A DNA stretch of 64,000 nucleotides from Setoptus koraiensis (taxonomy: Eukaryota; Animalia; Arthropoda). The notes below the pieces were generated by a model that saw only the letters and a program-made list of their open reading frames with translations, searched no databases and had not been told where the DNA came from. Where the stretch lies: assembly GCA_048013815.1 (NCBI GenBank), contig CM106586.1, forward strand, positions 15,128,001 to 15,192,000, written 5' to 3'. How positions within the stretch are numbered: position 1 is the first letter of the stretch; each line of letters opens with the position of its first letter. Of this stretch, positions 55,106 to 64,000 are shown one piece after another. Both the position numbers and the translations under genes were made by a program.

Positions 55106-58100
55106 GTTGGTCAAGATCAATGGATTCAATTGCTGCTTTGTTAGATAGACAGTTAAATGTTTAACAATAAAATTTCAGTCAAATGTCCGACTGATGATGT
55201 ATTTTTTTAGTAATACGAGGCTGCATGAATGACATTGAACTGCCGCAGTAATAACAACACGATACAGTACAAACAATTTTTCTATACTTCACATGAGTTC
55301 CACAACAAGATTGCGCCAATTTTAAACGTCATATGGACGCATTAATATATGCAAAGCGATGCTCAGCACACAGACGAACAGGTAGTCCCCATCTGAAGGA
55401 TGCTAGCAAATAGTTTTTTCAACTTTGGCTTCATCAGTGTAGTTTCTAACAACTTGTAAGTGGTGGATTTCGACTTTCTTTGACATTTTGTTTGATTACT
55501 CACCGAAGACAAGGCAGACAGAAAGTAAAGAACAGTGCTAGCCCACAAAGGAATCCACATTTTCAACCTCTCCTCCTTACAACATGTAGTGATAATGCTA
55601 AAAATTTAATCATCTAGCATATTATTTGATTGCATGATTAATCACGTGTCCTCGTGTCCATTTGGTGCACGAGTAAATGTCATTTTAGAGAACAATACAC
55701 TGCGCCCTGCTCTCACTTACGAGATTAAGGTGACCGGCACTTGGGTCTTGTGCTCTCAAGAGATTATTGAGCTTACTGAATTTTAGGAGACTACCACAAA
55801 TCTACATCGTATTATCACCTGCTCATTTATCACGCCACATTATCACCCATTGTATTTTGGTATTTATTGCAAAGCTGTGAGAAACATAAATCGATCAGGA
55901 TATCACTGCTGAACAAACCACACGCTCTAAACATTTGTCACTTATTATAAGACGTCTAGTGCACGATATTTACGCAAAACATACTCGAAGAATCCTACCG
56001 CTTCCGAAGAGAAAACGCCTAACTGGTCAACCAGCTAACTGAGAGTGTGCGATGACTATGGCAACACAGTTAATCCGTTCTCAAAATGATTGTGAATGGA
56101 GATATTGCCGTTGTGCCTAACTGTGAACCCGTCTAGTCGCCGCTTGAGCAACTCCACCAATCATGTGATTGTATACTTGTTGGTAACCATTCTAGAATAT
56201 TATACCATCAGATGACTTCAAATAATAATAATGATAATATCCTTGTTGTGCATTTCCTAAAGATTATTATTATACAATATCAATGGCATACTACGTAATG
56301 TGCAATGTCTAACAATAACGTTTACTGTTCAACATGATAACACACCATAATCATCCGATTCAGATCATTTACTAGCATAGAGCATATATAAATTTATATA
56401 GAGAGAGACTCATAATGTCAGTTTATTTGCCTCAGTCAACAAAGACAACACTGGACGAGTGAGTATCGGTAAATGCTGCCGTTGCTGATGTTGCTTGGTC
56501 AACATCTATTTCATGATATGAATACTATATTGAGTATTGTGGTGTACAGATAACATAAGATAGCAAGCTGCAACATTAAACTACCACAACCAACCTGGTC
56601 AACTGTAGACACATGAGAGACGCTCAAGTTTAATGATTATTTGATAAGCATAACACTACCAGTCATTCTGTCGTTAGTTGTTAATAACTTACGGCTTGAA
56701 TAACACAACTTAATGTCGATGCCCTCAGTATTCCTCATCATCTCTTTCTCTCTCTCTCTCAATGCCTGTCGCACATCTATTTATTCGATGATAAAAAAAA
56801 GACTCGGCAATTGTCACTAATAGTCCAACGTACACACACACGCAGAGTCAGTTTAAGACATCTTATCTGATCTTACTAATAACCTTGAGTTAACTGTTGA
56901 CCTCGACTCAACTGATTCTACAACAATATATTGACAAAAAGGCTAACACGCCAAGCTACTCGGATCAGATGCAAGTAGTAGCGCAAAAATCAATAATAAT
57001 GAGACGATAATATTAATCATACATGTCTCTCTTGTTGAGCATGGAAGCAGTTTTTTCAAGAGTATAAGCCCACTACAGTAAGACAAATACACCCAACAGA
57101 TTGTCTGTTTTTACTATACAAACAACAGCTCAAAAGGAACAAACAGCAACAGCGAACGCCACCAAGGCCCAAGTAGACTGTCCTCAAGTTGCACACACCA
57201 CTAGCATTCTGATCTTTATTTATCTCAAATCAGAAAAATTATTATAGAAAAAAAACAAATCAAAACATGTTCACGGGATAAAAGATTTTCACTGGCTCGC
57301 CTCCAATCAGAGCCAACTAGTCTACTCAATTCTAAATTTTTCTACATTGGACGAAAGTTCTCATCGTGTGAAATGATCGACGCAAAACTAATCACTGCAT
57401 ATTATACTAAATCTACAGAACTCTAGGTTTATCGGGCGAACAAAGAATTAATTATATAAACTATCAGAACGATTAGTCTCTCTATTGTTCGACAAAGGAA
57501 CTCACAGACAAATATAAACAGCTGGAAAGGGAACATAATTATTGTAGTTTATCGAGTAACATTCATGGTGAGTTATTACTATTGAACACACTTCATTAGG
57601 CCACAAAACTAACGCTCGATCAACCGATATTATTTAGACTATTTTGCGTCAGTCGTCCTCATGTGTGCCATCAGTGCTTACTATTTTGTTGGGCGAATTT
57701 GCACGCGCACTCGACAAAATCTCGTTTAGACAAGTTGTTTGCGAAAGCCATCCTTAGAATGCGAGCTCATCTTTGCATAAGTCACTCTTTTATCTTGATC
57801 GCGATGGCAACTGAGAGTTGACGTATAAAAGTTATTTTCTTCTAATAAATCATATTATTTCTAGTAGTTATTGGTAATTAAGATGCTCAAAAACTTGAAC
57901 TGACTCAAGAATGCGGCAGCTATCCACCTAGAAGATTCGTCTCGTAGTAGGTGGAACCTTCTGCGAGTATTAACCAATACATTTCTTGCTTTCAACTAGC
58001 ACGGCATGATATTTCAGACTAACCGATAACACAAACAACTTGTGAGCTTTCAATGTACATCAAACTATTCCTCCATTGGATAGAATGTGCACTTTCTTTA

Positions 58101-58625
58101 TTATGAAAACTCTGGAAGTTAGCAAACAACACCTAAGTGTCGGTTAATCACTCGATGAATCTACCTGTGATAGTGGAAATAACTTGTTGACGTCGCATGA
58201 CATTCTCTCACTTTACATTCAGCCTCTTAGATAGATAATAGAATGTTGTGCATATCCAATGGACAAAAAATTACCTCTGGACATAATGTCTCACTTTCTA
58301 TGATTTACTTATCAGTCGAATTGTTAACAATAGAACACCATATTCTTCTTTATTCATTCAAAATATCTAGTAGTAATTATATTAACTCCTAAGGAACTAA
58401 CAGTTGTCCAGATGCCATTGAATCAAACCTTTCTCAGATAAACAACGACGATCAATTATTGAGGCTACAGTCTGTAGATCAAATCAATTCAAGCGAAGAA
58501 ACAAAGGGAATTATAACCAAAAATTTAGGTTAAAACAATCTTATTGACGAAGACCTGTAGTGACAATTATCATTGGCCTCACTGGAAATTATTAAAAAAT
58601 AAAAAGCAATAATATCATATCAATA

Positions 58626-59440
58626 ATGGCGAATACAACTCTGGAATGTGGAACCGCGAATAATATAAAAAACATGAGCGCCACAGCTTCCTCCAATGGA
58701 GACTTAAACGCTTACTTTGACATCGAGCTTGCTAGTAGAAGTTTTGAAAGTTCCATGATGGACAAAAATGCCATATCACTGCACCACTACTTATTGGGTT
58801 TCAAAGAGCTCATGAAGTAAGCATCCCCTCCTACTTTTTTAATCATTAACCAGCACTTGTTTGTGATATCAACCAAATCTTCTGTTTCGTCCCGATATGT
58901 AATAGATTTTTCCACAGTCTTGGAACAATATTTCTGTTTGTCACCACCGATCTGGAGACCAAAATCGGAATCTTGGAGGGATACAGACGCGCAGATGAGG
59001 GTGGATGCAATCCTGCTTATTTGACGATCCAATCTGCGATAGATTATGAGACTAAAGAAAATCTTTTGCGTGATAGCAAACGTCAATCGGCAGCTCGGAC
59101 AATACTCAGATTACATCGTGCATTGGAATTTGTATCGACATTCATGCTGAGTCTAGGCAAACTGGAGGATGATTCCGAGGCGGCTCCGGCGGCGCGTGAA
59201 GCCTATTCTAATACATTGGCAAAACATCATTCTTGGGGAATAAGAACCATTGCCTCTTTAGCCATGAGAACCTTACCTAAGAAGAAAGCATTAATGGAAA
59301 GCTCTTTAGGTAAAACACTAGATACAAACGAAACTATTACTATGAATGAAAGGGTGCTTCGGCTGGCTAAAGTTTCGGATACTTTGTTTAATCTAGTTGA
59401 CAAGTATTATGAAGAAAATCAACTGCAGGATTTACCGTGA
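58626..59440 (+). CDS. CPTP: Ceramide-1-phosphate transfer protein (GLTP fold), 2 exons, about 241 aa
   Basis: Exons 58626-58816 and 58906-59440. Motifs DLETKIGIL, SAARTILRLHRAL, YSNTLAKHHSW match the GLTPD1/CPTP branch of the GLTP family. Confidence 0.87.
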
Positions 59441-60453
59441 CACTACTAGTCAGCAATCGATATTAGCAACAAAACACTAGCGAAAATTACAACTGGCAAT
59501 TGAAAAAGAAAAAGAACTGATACAAACTATACTGGAATGCTGTTCCACGTATCGGCAATACACTAATAATTTAGAGATTTATACTTAAAACTGTAACTTA
59601 AGATAACTACAAAACAAACAAAAAACTCATATGCAAATTGAACAAATTGTAAGAAAAAATTTTCTAGATGCGTTTCTTAAGTATGTCTGTAGTAGATACT
59701 TATGTATGCCTGTCTTGTACATACATTCTCTATATATCTTAGTATTTGTGTTCTTATCATACTAATGAATAAAATATATATTTACCACTCAGCTACTTCA
59801 GAACGAGGCGCTAATGTGAATGGAGTGATGTAAAGGCATGTGCTGTCAATTGTCAGACGATAGTGCACCAGTCTGTGTGCCACATATCAACAATCAATCA
59901 GCAATTACGAAACCGTCTTGTATCAATGATATACGCTATGTAAATGATGCAAATCGAACGCTAAGGTATGAATTGGACGCGATCTAAAGTAGCCGCTATG
60001 TTTAATGTAATCGGTCACATTTTGACAATGAAACAAACGTGACGAGATATTGATTGAATGTTAAACTACTACCTCGAATTGTAGCAATGAGTAACTGCAG
60101 TCTAGTTTAGCAAAGTAAAAAAATAAATTGCGTCAGAGAGACTAAATTTTTATTTTAAGCTCGCTCGCGCGGAACCAAAGATCGACGTGTAGATTGCATA
60201 ACAATCAGACTGTACTAGTCCATATGATATAAAGGTAGAATCAGCTGTGAGACCGCATCATGTCACATGATTGGTGCGCCATATGTTCAATAGAGTAAAA
60301 CGTGAATCACTACTTTTTCAAAAATTTTAACTCATAGCGACAAGGTTTATCGTCATCAAAACTTGCCTGTTAACTTGCCATCCAAAGTTTAGATTGCAAC
60401 AAGCCGGAAATACTATATATGTATTAATCGATCCGCTAACAGAGATCCAATAA

Positions 60454-61317
60454 ATGTCTAAAAGCCTTTGCGGGCGAGTACTCCATTGGGGCCCTCTGGG
60501 TGCCATGGCCATCACAGCTTCTGTTACACATTCTACTCTTCAATTGTCATCGCCGTGGCTCACCAAAAACAACAGTTCCCCACTTGGGATCACAATCATA
60601 TTTTTATTTCTTATGACTGCTTGTTATACATTGTTTAATTTATGGTGTTGCATGCTAATAGGGCCAGGCTACCTACCACTGGAGTGGGGTAATTCAACCA
60701 AGGACAACAAAAAGCGTATAAGAATTAGATTGGCCAATTTTTGGTCTTGTTTTGGTTTGACAGACGAAACCAGCCTTATTAAATTATATGAAGAGAAAAA
60801 CCTGAGCGAAGAAGAAAAATCTGGAATAGAGCTTTGTAAGTCTTGTCGAGGTTACAAAGCTCATAGAGCCCATCATTGTCGTAAATGTGATAGGTGCGTG
60901 ATCAAAATGGATCACCATTGTCCTTGGATAAACAATTGTGTCGGAGAGATGAATCATGTATATTTTATAAAATTTCTTATCTTTGCAATTCTAACCACAA
61001 TGCAATCATCTGGTATTCTCGGAACTGGACTCTATCGTGCCTTCTATATTAGATACTATTACTTGCGTAACGATGATCCTCATACGTTGGTATTCCTTGA
61101 TACTACTCGTTTCTTTTTTACGGTATTCAACCTTGGCCTGTCCTTTGGTGTTGTGGTATCAGTTAGTGGCCTACTTTATCAACAATTACGAGCTTATAAC
61201 AGAGACATAACAATGATTGAATCGCTCAAGAAGGTCGCTGGTAAAGATAGTAAAGACGCCAAACAGAGTGAAAACGAAGTTTCTGGCCAAAAAGTGAAAG
61301 AAAATCACTTGGACTAG
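60454..61317 (+). CDS. ZDHHC6: DHHC palmitoyltransferase, ZDHHC6-like, intronless, 287 aa
   Basis: N-terminal HWGP and GPGYLP motifs typical of ZDHHC6, plus the cysteine-rich domain CKSCRGYKAHRAHHCRKCDRCVIKMDHHCPWINNC and four TM segments. Confidence 0.88.
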   Translation: MSKSLCGRVLHWGPLGAMAITASVTHSTLQLSSPWLTKNNSSPLGITIIFLFLMTACYTLFNLWCCMLIGPGYLPLEWGNSTKDNKKRIRIRLANFWSCFGLTDETSLIKLYEEKNLSEEEKSGIELCKSCRGYKAHRAHHCRKCDRCVIKMDHHCPWINNCVGEMNHVYFIKFLIFAILTTMQSSGILGTGLYRAFYIRYYYLRNDDPHTLVFLDTTRFFFTVFNLGLSFGVVVSVSGLLYQQLRAYNRDITMIESLKKVAGKDSKDAKQSENEVSGQKVKENHLD

Positions 61318-61431
61318 TTTGAACTCCAAGCATTATTATAGTTATATATTTTGAATAAATCTATGTGAGATGTTATTTACACTACATTCTTTTTACGAGT
61401 CAATGTAAGAACTCCAGGAAAAATCAGTCAT

Positions 61432-62729
61432 CTAAAGAACATCAGGATCTGACGTATGATCGATCACTATTTTACCTTGTGTCATTCCGGTCTCTGAATG
61501 GTTGTATGCCTTTGGTAGATCTCTGAATTTGAATACTTGATTATGTACAACTGGCTTGATAACATTTGTCTCTATCATGCTTGTTATCTGACTCAATGCA
61601 TATCTATTGGGAACAAAGAAGGCCCATCTAACGCTTCTTAGATTACCAAGTCCTCTCAAGGTGTCACTCAAAGCTTCAAGCCCAGATTTTGCGGCACCAA
61701 ATATCACACCATATTTGTCAGTGTTATCCAAGACTGGAGGAGAAAGTGTAACATAGATCGACCCTTTGAAAGGTTTAAGGTATTCTGTTGACATTCCGAT
61801 GATTTGATCCCGTGACTGGTGTGCTTGGTTGTATCTTCCGGCATCCAGAATAAAATCAAAGCTATTCTTGAGATCCTGTAACTCGATAACATCATCATAA
61901 CAGATAACATGATCCACCATTAAAGTTGATTCAAGCCATTGCATATTTTCTTCAGAACATGTGGCGGTGACATGTGCACCCCATGCTTTTAGTAGTTGTA
62001 TTGAGAATGATCCCACTCCTCCTGAACCTCCCTGAATGAGAACTCTTTTACCCTGACAATTATCAGGATTCAATTGTCCAAAAGTACATAGAGCCGACCA
62101 GGCAGTCAGTGCAGCATAGGGAACGGAGGCAGCCTCAATGTGACTTAGATTGCTTGGTTTGGAGTATAGCTGTTGAAGATAAGATATAGTTTGTTAGTTA
62201 TTCCATTATTTGAGTTATGATTGAAGAAGACATTGAACTCTACTTGAGTACTTACACAATATTGAGGCGATATCACGTATTGAGCATGAGATCCTTGCTT
62301 ATGAGGCTCAACAACACCATAAACTGAATCCCCTACTTTGATATTAGTTGAGCTGTTACCAACAGCGACGACCTCACCAGAGAAATCTCTACCCAATAAT
62401 AGGGGATGGCGATCACAAGTAACTTTCGGACTAAAGTCTCCCATCCAATACATCCAGTCAAGAACTTTACGACCATAACCGTGACACATCTTCAAATCTA
62501 TCGGATTGACGCTACTGGCGTGGACTTTGACAAGTACATCTCCGGCACAAGCAATGGTGGGTATCCTGCAATCTTGTAGGTCAAGTTTCGTGTCATATTG
62601 GTTCATATGCGAACCATAATTGCCTGGATCATCGGGCACAGATGTGAGCTCTGTTACTTTCCAGGCTTGCATCATCATGCTTCTACATCCCGTCGAAGGG
62701 ATTGATCGTCGAACTAAGGCTGTCAACAT
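61432..62729 (-). CDS. RTN4IP1: Reticulon-4-interacting protein 1, mitochondrial (MDR-family NADPH oxidoreductase), 2 exons, 403 aa
   Basis: Minus-strand exons 62729-62256 and 62169-61432. Motifs VLVKVHASSVNPID, LGRDFSGEV, EAASVPYAALTAWSAL, GGSGGVG, GKIVI, with an N-terminal mitochondrial presequence-like peptide. Confidence 0.92.
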
Positions 62730-62955
62730 GATGGTGCATGAATAAATTAATTTTACTTTTGATCGATAACAGTACTTATTTAAATGAAAAAATTGTATCG
62801 AATGATACTTAATTGATATATGCGAATGGCGCCCATATATGCGATACTAACGAATCTGCAAAACGATTGAATCACATGTTCAACAATAGTTCACAAGTAA
62901 ATGTTTGTTATTTACTAACTGTTCACGACGTGAATATCCATACACACACAAAAAA

Positions 62956-63455
62956 NNNNNNNNNNNNNNNNNNNNNNNNNNNNNNNNNNNNNNNNNNNNN
63001 NNNNNNNNNNNNNNNNNNNNNNNNNNNNNNNNNNNNNNNNNNNNNNNNNNNNNNNNNNNNNNNNNNNNNNNNNNNNNNNNNNNNNNNNNNNNNNNNNNNN
63101 NNNNNNNNNNNNNNNNNNNNNNNNNNNNNNNNNNNNNNNNNNNNNNNNNNNNNNNNNNNNNNNNNNNNNNNNNNNNNNNNNNNNNNNNNNNNNNNNNNNN
63201 NNNNNNNNNNNNNNNNNNNNNNNNNNNNNNNNNNNNNNNNNNNNNNNNNNNNNNNNNNNNNNNNNNNNNNNNNNNNNNNNNNNNNNNNNNNNNNNNNNNN
63301 NNNNNNNNNNNNNNNNNNNNNNNNNNNNNNNNNNNNNNNNNNNNNNNNNNNNNNNNNNNNNNNNNNNNNNNNNNNNNNNNNNNNNNNNNNNNNNNNNNNN
63401 NNNNNNNNNNNNNNNNNNNNNNNNNNNNNNNNNNNNNNNNNNNNNNNNNNNNNNN
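62956..63455. other. Assembly gap (500 N)
   Basis: Run of N characters. Confidence 1.
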
Positions 63456-63999
63456 TTCTAACTACCCTTGAGACATATTGCCTACAGATGGGACATTCAC
63501 TAAGCTGTCTACCGCATTGTACACATGTGAAATAGTGGCCACATTCTAGTAAAACACAGTCCATTTCCCTTTCCATACAAATCTTACAAATCTGATCGTA
63601 TTCAGGGTCCTTCGAGTCATCGATTGAAGTTTTAGGTCTACTTTGATTATGATCAATCCAAAGTTGAGTAACTTTCTCATGCAACATTTCTTTTTCTATT
63701 ATACCCTTGTAGTCAACACAGTTTCTATCTAGTAATATCTTCAAATTACGAACTGATAGTTTCTTAATATCTTCAGGATCTTTGAGATCATCGATAACAA
63801 TGATTTTTTCTTCGGTTTGTTTTTTGTCGCGAGTCGACATGGTTTCGGTGGTACCACTTGTGTCCTGATGAGTAGTATTTGTGTTTATTCTTTCATCAGT
63901 TCGATGAGCCGTTGATTGGTTGGCGTTAAGCCTCTGTTGACTTTGACTTGAATGTGGTTGCGGTTGTTGCCGCTGTTGGCTGGATGAACTGGACGTAGT
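63456..63999 (-). CDS. RNF34: E3 ubiquitin ligase RNF34/RFFL (CARP family), partial; C-terminal SAP-like helices and RING
   Basis: The frame is open from the window edge to the gap. Motifs LSVRNLKILLDRNCVDYKGIIEKEML and CKICMEREMDCVLLECGHYFTCVQCGRQLSECPICRQYVSRVVR. The last codons are lost in the gap and the 5' part lies outside the window. Confidence 0.88.
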
Positions 64000-64000
64000 G

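Noticed and set aside
55363-55566. Minus-strand 67-aa ORF with a signal-peptide-like start and an internal GTGAGT donor
   Set aside because: No downstream in-phase exon was found; it may be a non-coding 5' exon of ATP5MF.
62813-63535. ORFs spanning the N run
   Set aside because: Artefacts of the assembly gap.
1-64000. tRNA, rRNA and prokaryotic systems (operons, CRISPR-Cas, prophage)
   Set aside because: No cloverleaf or rRNA conserved blocks were seen, and all identified genes are eukaryotic.

Overview
Eukaryotic animal DNA with GT-AG introns. An arthropod origin is inferred from the ABCH transporter and insect-like Nmdar2; a compact-genome mite is plausible but unproven. The window has two architectural halves. 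From about 1 to 44 kb it is gene-sparse, CpG-rich and full of degenerate trinucleotide repeats. This half holds an orphan 792-aa single-exon ORF, a 14-exon NMDA receptor NR2-type subunit gene (8664-26529), a divergent but structurally compensated U2 snRNA gene nested in intron 8 of that gene, and a hAT-like non-autonomous transposon with an 8-bp target-site duplication. From about 44 to 64 kb it is gene-dense and AT-richer: an ABCH transporter, EBP2, UEV1, a divergent CDK2-like kinase, TMX2, ATP synthase subunit f, CPTP, ZDHHC6-like, RTN4IP1, and a partial RNF34/RFFL running into a 500-N gap. The strongest leads are the U2 snRNA with a rewired stem IIa/IIc and a non-canonical Sm site, the NR2 pore loop with Gly at the Q/R/N site and no M2 Trp, the divergent CDK, and the hAT element. 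Exon models were built by hand from splice signals and reading phase. Homology calls come from recalled family motifs, not database searches.
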